64,000 nt of DNA from Balanoglossus misakiensis. Its lineage: Eukaryota > Animalia > Hemichordata. The stretch's first letter is position 1. The number at the start of each line of letters is the position of its first letter. The notes under the pieces are model-generated. The model made no database searches, was not told the DNA's origin, and saw nothing but the letters and a program-made list of their open reading frames with translations. Where the stretch lies: assembly GCA_040954595.2 (NCBI GenBank), contig CM082593.2, positions 7,228,043-7,292,042 of the forward strand, in the 5' to 3' direction. A program made the translations under genes and the position numbers. Shown here in pieces: positions 25,238-38,999 of this stretch.

Positions 25238-28200
25238 CCACCACCATCATCACCACCACCACCACCACCACCACCACCACCACCAGTTCCATGATTACCA
25301 AAATATTCAAATTATTCATATCAAGCCACCTGTAATAGTATCTCCCCAGCCAGTAATATACGTCTCAGTGCCGCTTGCGTACACATCGTCTTGTGCGGGC
25401 AGACAAATATCCAGTGTCCAATCGTCAGTGAAAGTGATGTTCCCTTTTATCTTGATCAGAGCAAAGTTGTACTCTTCTTTGAATGGCGCGTACGAGGGAT
25501 GGACGAATATTGAATCGACGTCGAAAATGGCTTCATGTGGGTCAGGCTGCGTGTTTATGTGGTTGCCGGTGATCACATCGAACACCTGTGGGTTGTTCCT
25601 AAAACTGTAAAAAAAATTACAACAGCATTGGCAATTGAGTGTTTGATTTGAGGGTTCAAGGTTATACTGTAGACAGAAAGGGTATAACCATATGTATAAT
25701 TTTCCTGAGCTTGAACGTGCAAGTTTGATGGGAAAAATCGTTAGCTGACTCGGGCATGCGAAAGTACCGGTACAGCATTGTCTACATGCATGTCCATCGA
25801 TGCTATGATGGCGCTTTATATCACGTGATGTCGACTGGGATTTCAGACCCCTTAGACTTTGCAGTAGAATGTACCTTCGACGTGGATTCTACCTCGCCTG
25901 CAACTTTGATTTCTCGTGGATATAATAGTACACTTACAGGTAAATACACGTGGCGGCAGTGATGACCCATCGGTTATCGATGATTGAGGCTCCGCATCTA
26001 TGTTCAAATGATTGTTGAATGGAGGCCTATAAAAAGTGGAAAGGAACAACACGATCACTGTCTCTATTGATGTGTTAATATACGTGTTGTCGGAAGAGTG
26101 TATGCCAGTGTAAAATTTGTCCCGGACATAATGTTTGTACAACACGAAATTACGCACATGCGCATAAGAAGACGATCATCGGCCTTTAATCTTGGACGTA
26201 TGACATCATTTCCGTACCTGCCACGGCCAGCTTCCGGGGACAGCTTCGTACCCACCGATGACGTTCACACTAACTGTGCCATTGCCGGGTTCCAGGATTG
26301 GCGCTATAGCTTGTCGTCCACAGTTTGCAGAATTCTCTGTAGATGAAGACGCAAATTAGAATCTCACTCGATTCTGTACATTTTGTGCACCAATACTGAT
26401 ATTCTGTTTGCTGATAAAAAGACTCGCGGCGGGAATAAACGTAGATTGATTTTGTCTTATTGACGGTGATTTCCCGCGTAATTTTGTTATAAAATCTTTC
26501 AAGTATAGTCACTGAAGAACAATTCAGCGTCATCAAATACTCCCCCCCGCCAATTATGCAGTAAAGTAAACCTGACAATGATTTATCAACATCAATTCCT
26601 TCCCCAGGTGTCTCAAAAGAAACGAACACAAAACGTACCCGGACAGCCGATTTCGTCTTCTCCACCGGAACAGTCCGCCACGCCATCACATCGTTGCTCG
26701 ATCGGAATGCAATAACCATTGACGTCATCACCACAGCGGTAAGTAACACCAGTTTCACAATCGACTGAGAAGAATAAGTGGACATGTTCAATTCGACATA
26801 AATTCTTTCGCCCATGTTGCATACTCTGGTTACAAAAATGCACACAGTCAATGCATCTGACAGTGTGCTGTCCTAACAACAGACAAGATGGCGGCGACCA
26901 TAGTCTGTGTCGGAGATCGGGATACGACAGCAAATTGGGTTTAAAGAAAGGACAACTAAAGTCTACTTATACGGTGCGCATGAAATATGGAAGAAGGCAA
27001 GGGCAGTCCACTATTTGAATGCGTCGAATACAAAATTTGAAGAACACTTGCATTAGACATGATGTTTGTACACACAACATTCGCACATGCGCATAAGACG
27101 GTCGCCGGCCATTAACAGGAAGCATGATTATATGACGTATTTTCGATCAATCATAAAGGCATTACCTTCAAAACCGGTCGACATGTGTTTAGAAAAGAAA
27201 TTATCTCAAGATCTTGACATAAATTTACGGGAAGCTAACACCTATACATCAGGAATGTCAAGATATCTTTTTATTACACGAAAAAGTAAAAAATATTAAC
27301 ATCCGGAGATAACATCCGGAGATATTTCAATCACGAGAAAGAAATATATATCATGAGATCTTGACAGAAAACATGACAGTTTGCGAACGAATTTATGTCG
27401 AAATGAACTGGTGTGTTTGAAGTGTCCGGATAAAGAATGAAATTATCTCGAGATCTGGAAGGTGAATATTCATTCTTGTTACCGACACAGACAACAGGTG
27501 TTCGAAGGAATGAAATTCGCCGTATACAAGTACATGTATAGTGTTACGTCTAAAGCAAACGACAAATATCCATTTTGGCCAAAAAGACACGTATAGGCTA
27601 AATGAAAACGCATGCGCGATATTCACAGTCGACTGAGCGCACTTCAGGGACCCGGTTCTTAACTGCGTCCGATTGTCCAAAGCACACGATTAATATGATG
27701 TGATGTAAAAATAAAGTTTCTTTATTGTGACAGTGCCTTAGGGTTAGGAGACACGACTGCTCTAGCCCCAAGTAAGTCCTCGCCAATAGTACGTTTGTCA
27801 GAAAGAACTTGATAAACGCAGTCATCTGTGATCCCACGGGATGGCTAGGCAGACTATACGGTAATTATTACTGACTGTGAATGCATATACAACAGTTGTC
27901 TTACCAGGCGCGTCCCGAGCATTCCAGTTGGCGCTGAATCCATAGTATTCGACACTTCCGTCTGTTACAAACTCGACGAACATCAGTTGAGCGGTGGAGA
28001 CCGTTGGGTTTGGAACTGAGTGGCCGCACATCTTTCTGAGGATGGGGAATGTGTTGTCGAGGCCGTCGAATGCGGTCACGCTGTCATAGCGGCAGTTTGG
28101 AGCTGCTTCGACAGAAAAGTAGTCGAAATCTAATTGTATAGCCTGCAGAAGGGGGAGACAGAGAGAAGGAAGAGAGGGGGGGGGGGGAGATAGAATGAGA

Positions 28201-29411
28201 GAGAAAATATGCGTGTGGCGAGATATTGTATTGTATAGTACAGTAAAGTATTGTATTGCATTGTATTGTATTGTATTGTATTGTATTGTTTTGTATTCTA
28301 TTGAGTGTATTGTAGCTTAGTGTAATTTAGTGAAGTACAGTGCAGTGTAGTATAATGTAGTGTAGTGTAATGTAGTGTATAATACAACATAGTATACTTG
28401 TAATATAATGCAATAACGTTCACATAGAAAAGCAACTGAAACATTGCCTGTGATGTAATGGATTACCTGACCCATGACCGACGACGTTTCCAGTGCCCAC
28501 TCACAGTAAGCGTTCTCGTCGTATCTGACTTCATTGGCTGGGTCATAGTTCATCGAAGTAAAGGCGCCACTATATCCATATTGGTGTCTATCACTACCGC
28601 AACCGGAATCTGAAAATACCGAGATTAAGGTTGACGAGAATCCTATTCATTTAATATGGGTAGTTAGCGAAGGCGAAGTATGGACACTCCCTCATCCTTA
28701 AGAATGTCAATGCGTCTTGTAGTTCGTTTGTTTAAGATAACAGTGGTGTAGCGGGAGTTAGGGAGAGGGAGTCTTACCTCATGTCTGGCTATGACTACAC
28801 GTGCACTTTTTGTGGGATAGGTATAAGACGGGACATGAAATGACAACTAATCGTCCATAGCAAATTACTATACTGTTTGACCAACCTGGTTGGCCATTCA
28901 AACCAGGAAATGAGTCTTGTGTCAAAAAAATGCTTGATGTGTATCTGATCAAAATCTGTTTCCAATTTTTAACATTTTCACGTCAGATTCAAATGTCCTC
29001 ATCGCATGAACCAAAATTTTGCGCGCGCACATCCCATAACGGCATTTTGATATTTTAGAACATGACAGTAATTGCCGCGCGACTGTTGTGTGGAGTGGAT
29101 ATCACATATGCATGGAGTAATTTCTCTAAAGGAATGAGAGATCAGTCTTAAAGTTTGTTCTCACGAAATGCAGCATGGCCTGTCCCGCCACAGAATGCTA
29201 TGAGTCAGTGGTGCCGTCTTCGGGCAGCAAATTTCAAAAAAACTTGATTAGAAAATTTTGTGAAAAACCGATGTCAGTGCCTTTGGAATGATCACCATCC
29301 CGGCCTAGGTTAGGTTAGGATGGCGTCACATTACATGGCCGCTAGGCTGATTTCGTTACCTTGTCCGAGGGCTCCCGCCAACAGTGTTGTAACGGCGATC
29401 AGAAACAGCAT
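24361..29411 (-). CDS. Secreted CUB-LDLa-trypsin-fold serine protease homolog, copy B (non-catalytic, T/N/D triad), about 456 aa
   Basis: Exons: 29411-29360 (MLFLIAVTTLLAGALGQ), 28609-28467, 28142-27905, 26764-26639, 26336-26218, 26026-25938, 25604-25330, 25053-24914, 24549-24361; intact frame. Motifs: SVN|VIGG, TAATC, EYNFAL, DACTGDDGGP, GVIGDR. Confidence 0.9.
25130..25284. repeat. Compound (CAC/CAT/CGT)n microsatellite in intron 7 of copy B
   Basis: Direct reading of the sequence. Confidence 0.95.
26820..27112. mobile_element. Interspersed TTAA-type element, family 3
   Basis: Shares TGCTGTCCTAACAACAGACAAG.TGGCGGC..CCATAGTC and GCACATGCGCATAAGA termini with 44722-45054, the inverted 39000-39548 and a fragment at 26130-26188. 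Confidence 0.7.
28225..28400. repeat. (ATTGT)n / (AGTGT)n pentanucleotide microsatellite
   Basis: Direct reading; lies in intron 2 of copy B. Confidence 0.9.
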
Positions 29412-29499
29412 GGTCCTCCTTCAAGAAACTCGCTTCACAGAATACAGGGTGCGGTGGAACGAGTTCCGTATTCTACACCCAGGTTAGTCAACAAAGTCT

Positions 29500-29526
29500 G
29501 TGAAAATTCAGAAATACCGTCACCTG
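29500..29526 (-). promoter_or_regulatory. E-box/TTTCAC promoter module of copy B
   Basis: CAGGTG-N15-TTTCACA, 89 bp upstream of ATG 29411. Confidence 0.5.
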
Positions 29527-30598
29527 TGGCCGTCGGTGATGTATTGTATTGTCACATGCATGATAAGATTCTCGGCGGCGCGATCGTTTACTTTCGTCTT
29601 GCACTGCCAATCACCTCGATCGATGGCTGGGCTCAGTACAAGCGGGACACGTATAAACCCCTTATTTCACACTACATGACTCAGAGTTACGCCCCTCTTG
29701 TAATACTGGGCCATCGACCTATGGAACGGGTCGTAACCTAGATGTGGGAACCAAGCAGACTTTCAAAGATGTGACCACTTTTCCGGGCCGTTGAGAAGTG
29801 TAATTGTTCCATCGCTTACATACTGCGCCATCAGCTCTCATGCGCTAAAGGTATAGCACTGACTCGCAGGAACAGAACATCGCTCTCCGTATCCATCAGG
29901 CCAAAAAGAACGGCGATTGACGTGTAAGCGGCGAGTTTTGCGAAGGGGGCAACTACCAGAAAACTAAACTAAGCGTATATCGAAGGACTGAGTAAGTTGG
30001 TTCAAAATGTTAACATTCTTCATTTCATTCTCGCTGCCTGAACGATAATCGATCACCCATGCAAATTTAACCACAGATATCACGGTAAGCGGGGATGTAC
30101 ATGTAGCCAATCGCTGATTTTCACGTGGTGGCCACGCGAAGAAAGTGCGCCACTACACGGTCATCCGAAGCCTAGACACGATCTCTTTAAGAATATACAA
30201 CGCATATGTAAATTAAAAGGGGTTGCAATCCTTTAGCAGATCCATGCTTTCTCATTTGGTCGGCACGAATTTCAAGATGGCGGATTTCTGACATTTTATG
30301 AAGTCGAAGACTGTCGCTTCTTATGCTCTTTGAAGCTGGTTTACATTGTAAAACAGTTGCAATTTGACTAATTTTATGATTTAGTGTCGATGACCAATAG
30401 CCCTGTGTTTAGAATATTAAATGCTACATACATCTATAATACATCATTGGAAAAGCCATTCGAAAATCTAAGGTTTAGGTAGATGTACTATGCTAGTCAA
30501 CCGTCTCCCGTATCCCATTCCTATTTCGTCAGTAAGCGTGTAGAAGCGTGTAACAGCAAACCTAAATAGGGACAAAGCCTGAGAATTTTCAATGTTAA

Positions 30599-30855
30599 AG
30601 GGACAAAGTCTCTCTCTCGCTGCCCTTTTCCCAATAATTGTGTTTGATACAAGACACCGTTTATGTTATTCTACGTGTGAATATATAGGGAATCAACGTT
30701 CGACCACACACAACTTTCATCCCGTTAGCAGGATATGAGAGTAAAAATTTCGCCAAAATGAATAAATGGTAGAGACCGATTATTCAGTTTGGCTAGTTTA
30801 TTGACTATCGTGTTTGTTGTCGTGTTGTCTACTATCTTTACTCCCGCACCTGTCT
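30599..30855. mobile_element. TTAA-flanked MITE, family 2 (inverted)
   Basis: Starts TTAA|AGGGACAAAGTCTCTCTCTCGCTGCCC; body is the reverse complement of the 2522-2761 type; right end degenerate. Confidence 0.7.
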
Positions 30856-31297
30856 TTAAAAGGGTTTGGGTAGACTTATTGAAACCACGCGCCATTTTGA
30901 CCTAAAATTGTGATTTTTTTTGGCATATCCGCAAGGTTCTTAAAGATGTACGACCAGTAAAATTGAAAATATTGTAATTTCTTTTAATTGTGGATTTTTG
31001 TTTTCTTATTTATGTGTATAATGCGCGCGCAGTTTTCCAGTTTATGTTCTGCACGTACATCCTTAAAGAAATCAAATATTCACGGCCTCACAATCACACC
31101 AACAACAGTGAATTACCGAGTAAGGTAAAATAAATCAGATAGACGTTGTCATTACACATATAACATTTTTATTACAATATAGTTGAATATCACGATTAAC
31201 ATTTCATGTTTTTGAAAAATAAACAACAGTGGCCAGTGATGGCGCCCCATCGACATGAATGCATCCAATATACAAACAAACTCAGGTTTCGGTTGTT

Positions 31298-34200
31298 TTA
31301 GTTTTGTATCATTGTATCCTCGATCCAGGTGATCACATTTGGCACGTATCCGTACAGACCCGGTTTGTCGGGCTGGGCGCAACCGTGGGTGACACGGTCT
31401 CCAATGACACCGACCAGGTAATATCTGTCTTCAGATGCCATGTAGTACATCATGGGGCCACCATCATCTCCCTGGATTGAGAGAGGGAGAGCGAGTGAGT
31501 GGGAGAGGGGGGAGGGGGGGGGGAGAGAGGGAGATGACTTCATTTGGCCAAATATTTCCGTCTTTGTAGTTATCATATTAAACTCATTGAACTTTTTTCA
31601 CATTTTGTTAATTTTTCTGTGACAAACTTCCAGAATGAGGGGCGACCCAGTATCTCTGTATCTCGTGAACTTCCATTTCATAAGCATGGCAAAAATCGGC
31701 CATCTTGAAATTGTGTCGACCATACGAGATGTTAATGACTCACCTAGGTACTAAACCCTATTTAATATAGGTAGTGCCTAGATAGTTTATTTCATCAGGC
31801 TAGGGGATCAAATTACAACAATGTTTTGAGCGTGGCGTGGACACGAGCAATGTGAGCTTTCAAATGCGGGGGCCACGATTTACTTACATTGCAGGCATCT
31901 TCCCCTCCGGTGCCTTCGCCACAAATCAAGCTGGGAGTGACGTCACCATTCCAACGCGATGGGTCGTTGCAGTAATCTCTGTCGTAGATGATAATGTTTT
32001 GTTGCAGAAGAACTGCACTACCGAAGCTGGCTGTATCCAAAGAGAATTGATTACCCATTGAGAAAAAAAAGTACTGAAACTTGCATCATCATCATCATCA
32101 TCATCATCATCACCCGCCACTCAGTGTTGTGTCTTCTATTGGTTTGAAATTCAAACAAAAGCTCTCCTTGCCCTTTCCAAACGTCAAGCTGACTCAAGCT
32201 AATGATAAGCCTCCCCAGTATACAGGCTGAATTTAACCGTTTCTGTATACATAGTAGTAAAGAGAAAAACAAAAATTACATATACAGATGTATATACCTG
32301 AGATGCTATCGCCGAATCCAGTGATGTACGTGGAGGTACCATTGGAGTAGTTGTCATCTTGGGCTGGCAGACAGATGTCCAAGTGCCAATCATTTATAAA
32401 CGCAATGGCGCCCCTGATTTTGAGCAGAGCAAAGTTGTAATCGTCCTTGAATGGCGCGTACGAGGGATGGATGTGGATGCTTTCGACGTCGTGAACTGTC
32501 TCATATGGGTCGGGCTGGGTGTACACATGGTTACCGGTAACGACGTCGTACACCTGAGGGTTGTTCCTGAACCTGTACGATGCGATGTAAAAAGATTGCG
32601 TTAAAAACAGATGAAAAAGGGCACGTCATTACTTTGGAACAAAAACGTATATTTTAAGGTGGCATCCGCCAGATAATTCCAGAATTTGTGACGTCCTTTC
32701 CTGTAACGGAATACTCACAGGTACATGCATGTGGCGGCCGTAAGCACCCAGCGGTTGTCCAGGATCGTGGCACCACATTTGTGCTCGAAGGATTGTTGGA
32801 TGGAACCCTGTAGGAGTAAACAGTTTTTTTTTGTAAAGCAAACCGTGTTTACCCCTAGCGTGACGTGCACAAGGCGAAACTATGGGATATAACACCGTGG
32901 TGTAATAGTAGTACATGTACATGACATGTAAATATAAGTCTTTTCACACTATGTAATACAACGAAGGGCTCTGCTAGTGAAGCCGAACTAGACGAGCGGT
33001 AAGCTATTTTTTGGTGGACTCCGAAGTTGCCAGCATCATTTTTTGGTCAACTGTAAAACCATGTGTATCTCTTTTTACGCGATTGGCAATACATGATTGA
33101 TTGATTGACTAAATTGGTTCATTCGGAGTCAGTTGTTCGCGCTGCCGCAATGAAAATGTTCGTAAAGGTGTTTACCATCCACGGCCAGCTGCCGGGAACT
33201 GCTTCGTATCCACCGATGACGTTGACGCTCACGGAGCCGTTGGGAGGAGCAAGAATTGGGTCGATGTTTTGTTGGCCGCATCTTGGGGAGTTACCTGTCA
33301 AAGGAAGCCATGGCATCAATCTCTGGGGTTTCAAAGCAACGATGACAACAGAAAAAAACGCGTCAAGGACACGGTGGTCCCATTGAGGGATTCCACAAGA
33401 ACAAGTCTACACCGGAGTACATGGCCATATACAGACAGACAGACAGACAGGCACACACACACACACACACACACACAGATCAATGGGCAACGATGATTGA
33501 CCCATAAGCTGCCAATGGTACTGTACATATACTAAATAGAACAACTGGTCTCTTAAAAGTTATGTAATCATCAGGAATTTGCTGTGTATATATACATCAC
33601 AGGAGGGGACTTCCTGCCTAATTAAAACAACTCAATAAAGTAAATACACACCACTTTGCAAAGCAATCTGACCAGTAGTTCTTGGGTTACCGAGTTTTGA
33701 CCAAATTCACATTTTCCAGCTAATTTGCATATTTTTGGAAATGACAACTTTATTGGACAAACTTTGAACAAACTCATCTTTGGCACTGGAAGTTTCGAGC
33801 CGGAAATGAGGTACTAAATGTGAATGAATCTGAAACTGTGCACAAGGAGCGCAAACTCACTTGGGCAGCCAACTTCGTCTTCGCCGTTGGTACAATCCTG
33901 GACGCCATCACATCGTTGCTCAATTGGGATGCAATAACCATTGACGTCGTCGCCGCAACGGTATGTAACGCCGGTTTCGCAGTCGACTACAGAGACAGAG
34001 ATAACGAAATATTAGTGCCCATATGACTCCATTTACGCAAGATAGTTTGGCGAACAATCGGTGCTCTATTAGACACCCAATGTCCCACTGCAATCGCTGG
34101 CATAGGGACTTTACCTAGAGATACGTATTTTTGGAAAATGTGCTGTAGTACTGAAGCTTGGGTAACTGAGATAGGTAAACGCCAACTTTGATTGGACGAA

Positions 34201-36485
34201 CACAAACGACAAAATTCCCTCATTTGTTCTCTGATCCCCAAATGTGTGTGTCGTCTTTCATGTCATACTCTGAACACTGGAGGCTGTCTTACTTCCGTTT
34301 CGGAAATGACGGCGCCGCTGTGGCTGGGGTACTTTCCACACAATATAAGTATGCAAGCAAGTGCGCCCGAGGATGTGTCATCTATGGGCTTGGAAAGGTT
34401 TGTCGCCGCTGGTTAATTTACGGATGTACACTTGACCGGCGTTGGTCATTCCCTGGGGCATCTCTGGCATTCTAAAAGGCCGAAAAACGTCACGTGATAA
34501 CGCGTCGACCGCGATTCCATCCGCCCCACGACATCAATCAATTGTGTGTGTGTCACGGGTTGGTGATCAGAATACCTCGTAGTAATTATCAGTGACTGTG
34601 AAAGCAAATGCAGTTGTCTTACCAGGCTCGTCCCGAGCACTCCAGGAGGCGCTGAATCCATAGTATTCGACGCTACCGTCTGATACAAATTCGACGGCCA
34701 TCAATTGACCAGTGGAAATTGTTGGGTTTGGAAGTGAATGACCGCACATCTTTCTGAGGATGGGGAATGTGTTGTCCACGCCATCGAATGCGGTTACACT
34801 GTCGTAACGACAGTTGGGGGCCGCTTCAACGGAGAAGTAGTCAAAATCTAGTTGAATAGCCTTTTCAAAGGACAGTCAGTGCGTGTGCGTGTGGAGAGAG
34901 AGAGAGAAATAATAATACGAAGATAATATTACTAAAATCAGTCTTTGATATTTTAAAAGACAGCTCTTCTGTTCACTATCACACTCTCATGAGCATCTGT
35001 CCCGTCAAAATACTTCTTCCTGTTGCTGTCTATGTCGTCAGCCAGCTGGCCCAGTCACGTGATGAGGTCATATGTCAAAATTGTGAATTATAAACAGTGT
35101 GTTGGATGTCGCCACCACACGGTACTGGTACATTGAAATAAATCGCACAAGTTGGATAATTCGGGTGTCCTGCCGGACCCATTGTATAATAAGTGCACAA
35201 ACACAGTAAATACCTGGCCCATAACGGTGGATGTCTCCAGAATCCAATCGCAGAAAGCATTTCTGTCGTATCTGACGAAATTGGCTGGGTCATAGTTCAT
35301 TGAGGTAAAAAGTCCATTTAAACCAAATTGATGTCGCTCGCTACCACAGCCCGAGTCTGTAAAACAGTATACATATGCAGTTCTTAATGTCAAGCTATAC
35401 ATATAATTTCAGCTTCGGTCGCAGGTTGTGAAGTGTGGGGGGTCTTTTTGAAGACAACGAAGAAAACATCCAGATTTTGTTTTCGTGGCTATCCATTCGC
35501 ATTTAGTAGATTAAAGCCCCTATAGCTGCCAAGTTTCATATTTTTTTCCACAGTAAAATACTTCAAATATATTCCCTAACCTCTGAAATCCTCACCATTA
35601 AGCCATATTACTTGCATTTGCACAAGTTTGTCATCTCTTGGAGACGCATACCACGATAGCTGCATACTGTTTGTATGGAGGCTGATTAAATCGGTGCGGC
35701 ACCGTTTTAATACATATTGTGTTCAAATTGCAACATGCAGTCACAATCGGGCATCGATAAGGTGTTCATGTATACCTATCAGTAAGCTTATTTAGATGGA
35801 CCAATTTAAGTTGGAAAATAAAATCATGAAAATAATGCAAAAAAGTGGCAGCTCTATAGGCTTTAACCACAGCCAATATCATCAAAGAGATCTCTTACGG
35901 TTAATACACAATTCAAAAGAATCAAACGTTCCACATGTCGTCAGGTGTCTAGCTGTGCTAACCTAAAATTCAAACAAAAGTGATTCCCCTACAAATTGCC
36001 CGTACTCGTTCTTCGGCACTACCAACCCCACCGTGAATTTTGTCGCATGTTCTGACTAATTCAATTAGGTCCTTTTCCGGGCTTTCCGGACAACCAAACT
36101 TGTGTGACGGTCGCAGTTAGCAAAACTGGGCTCGTCAGCAAGTGTACTGACACGAACAACTGTGAGGCAGTGAGCGAAAATGTAGAAATTACGTACCGAG
36201 GTGTCACGGTAACTATATTCAACACGTGCCAGAGCAACGGCGCCTGTAGGAACCCAGCGTCAAATTGGACACATTGATGAACCAAGGGTGTTAAATTTAA
36301 CGTGCAACACCCAAGGTTTGTGAAATTATAATCACCGCATTAAAAACCTGAACATGCATGAACGGAACAAAGAGTTGATGGTGTCCACAGATTTCCACAA
36401 CTAACGTAAATGTGTAAACAGTCTATGATACTTTACCTTGCCCAAAGGCGACTGCGGCGAGTGTAAGAATTATTAGGAGGCGCAT
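31298..36485 (-). CDS. Secreted CUB-LDLa-trypsin-fold serine protease homolog, copy C (non-catalytic, T/N/D triad), about 451 aa
   Basis: Exons: 36485-36437 (MRLLIILTLAAVAFGQ), 35356-35214, 34860-34623, 33986-33861, 33294-33176, 32807-32719, 32572-32298, 32030-31888, 31471-31298; intact frame. Motifs: SVN|VIGG, TAATC, DYNFAL, DACNGDDGGP, GVIGDR. Confidence 0.9.
35515..35862. mobile_element. TTAA-flanked MITE
   Basis: TTAA|AGCCCCTATAGCTGCCA...TGGCAGCTCTATAGGCT|TTAA. Confidence 0.65.
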
Positions 36486-36549
36486 AGCTGGCTCTCTGTC
36501 TGTCTCAAATCTTGGATTCGTTGTGAAGTGAACACCAGAAATGGGATTG

Positions 36550-36600
36550 ATATATATGGTAGATAGCGGGCATGTGAAATCAATTCCGTGTCGTCACCTG
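36550..36600 (-). promoter_or_regulatory. Proximal promoter of copy C: TATA-like box plus E-box/TTTCAC module
   Basis: CAGGTG-N15-TTTCACA 89 bp upstream of ATG 36485, followed by TATATAT. Confidence 0.55.
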
Positions 36601-38999
36601 GTTTTAATAAATAGCTCGGTCGTGGTGACGAGACAGCTACGAGAGATAATGTTCGCCGTCACATTTCCTCTATCGCTGTCAATAAACAAGATCAGCCGAA
36701 AAGGGTTGTGCTGGCAACGTGACATGGACATATGTCAGCCTGAGCGGTGATGTCTTGGACAGCAACACCCGATCTGGTTCACTTAGATGTTTCCCCTACG
36801 CAACACCCTGTTGGTGTCGAATGTAGAAATCCTGGCGAAAGTCAGTTTGTTACTTGCACATATTCCTTGAAGACGGTTAACGTGTTCTAACCCAACCATA
36901 TCTCATCATCACCGGCCGGAAAATGTGAACAGATAACGGTCGTGATGCGCGATTTATTAATTGATGGGCACGAGGGTCGCTGAGAGGGTAAAAGATACCC
37001 GACACAACACAACAGTCAGAAATTACTGCCATACACAACAATTTTGCAATGCATATGGTATTTTTTCAAAGCGGAGATGGTATTTTTAAAAACTGAACGT
37101 AAATTCTGAAATAATGCGTATCACAGTCATACTCTAACATTCGGTGAGTATAAAAAATATAAAAAATATTTCCCTTTGAAAACAAAGGAAACGACTGTTA
37201 AAACCATGAACAATAACACGTAACAAAAGTAAATTTTGGGGTAGGTGCTACATAAACTTTTAATAAAACTACTAATTGTTTTTTTCCGTTACGGTAGCGG
37301 TATAGACTTCAGTCACTAAGATTTTACAGTTTGGCCGGCTACAATTGTGACGTACCGGTATATTGATGCGCATACATTTTCAGATGTATAAACATCAAAT
37401 CATACATGAAGACATAAACACCAGCGATGTGAGAGATAAATTATCACACTAATCCTAAATCGTTTACGTCACGTCATTCAAGATGCACGTCAATATATTG
37501 GAATGATTGAAAGTTAATTGAATAAATACGACAGCAAAGTGTGCGCGCGCGAGGTCGACACGAGTTAGCTGAGTGGAACTGATGAATCATTTCGCCAATC
37601 GCCACTTTGAAATACTGCGCGTCCGCATGCACGCGTGCCACTTGGTGAGAATTTCACAGGTGCGAGCGTTTGTATCTGAACGTGGCAATTCGTCACACTG
37701 AATTATCTTGTCTGTGGATTTTTAATTATTGACTAATGACGGGGGTCACCTCGTTGTTGATAGGCCCCGCCCTTCGGATGGAAAGTTGCTACCTCGCAGA
37801 GCACATCAGCCGACCATCTTGATAGTCGTCAGCATTTTGCCACGTGACTGCCTAGTTGAGTGACGTTTTTTGTACAGCTCATGCATTCGTTTATCTCAGT
37901 AACCCACTTCCGCCCGTGCAACTTTTCAACTGATAAAATGTGCAACCTAGATAGAGTTCACTGTTCATTGTCATATGTTTCATCTCATTTGTACACTTGT
38001 ACTCACGGAAAGCTTGAACCTAAAAGTCAATGAACTATTTGTACTGGGAGGATAATAGCATTTGGTAATAATGTCGGTGAAATACACGTGTTATTACAAG
38101 ATTCTTTAAAGGACAATTCTTCCTCTCCCTGGCTGTATCAACATTTTATGATATCGTTACAGAACATATTGTAAAGATATTTATAGAAAAGTCAGCGATA
38201 GGATAATATCTATAGGTGATTTTTGTTCCAATTTCTGGCAGACTTGTGCTGGACGATCTTTGTATGTTAAAAGTAAAAGCAACACAAAGACACGAAGCAA
38301 GCATAACGAGCTTCAGTGTCTCACCATTTGATTTCTCGGGGTGTAAAGAAGATTTTAGGGAAAATTGTTGGCAGATGGTGCGGAGCAAAAACATTTCTCT
38401 ACAATGCCTTGGGGAAAGAGGGTGGAATGGCAATAGAAAAATATTGCGCATGCGCAAGTTCTATGGTGAACGTCTTTCCTAATGGAGTTGAACGGCAGTT
38501 GTTGTGAACAGGGAGACAACAATTTTTTTTCGCCATTTTTGTGGAGGGGGGGGGGTGATTGGGTGAGATAGAAAAAAGGAGGCCGTCGATTCATCTTGTG
38601 AGCATTGGCCATGCTTGGTGATGTGAAGTTTGAGACTCTGGAAATGTCAAAGACCACTTTATTTCGTCTATTTCAGAAATGTGACCAGTTGGAGCTTTCC
38701 TACCTTTAATCTCTTTATATGTAAGTGGGGTATAGGCCCGAACAAGGCGTGAGCGCTCGTATGACGCGAAACCGGGAGATCGTCTATAAGCTACTGAGGT
38801 ATGCCACCTTACAATAATATAATACAATACTAACTAAGCATCTTTACAGATTTGTATGTGGTCGACGTCGGGTGCTCCAGGAAATATTTGTGCTGCGCTT
38901 ATGGTATAACGGCTTCTGTTGTCTGGAACAATCTTGCACCTTAAATCTGTCGTTCTCCGTTGTTTTTTTTCAAAACCGATGTTAAAACCTTCCTTTTAA

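Noticed and set aside
24904-25335. Poly-His/Ile/Thr ORF (and poly-Met/Asp ORF at 17129-17554)
   Set aside because: Artefacts of intronic trinucleotide microsatellites on the strand opposite the real genes.
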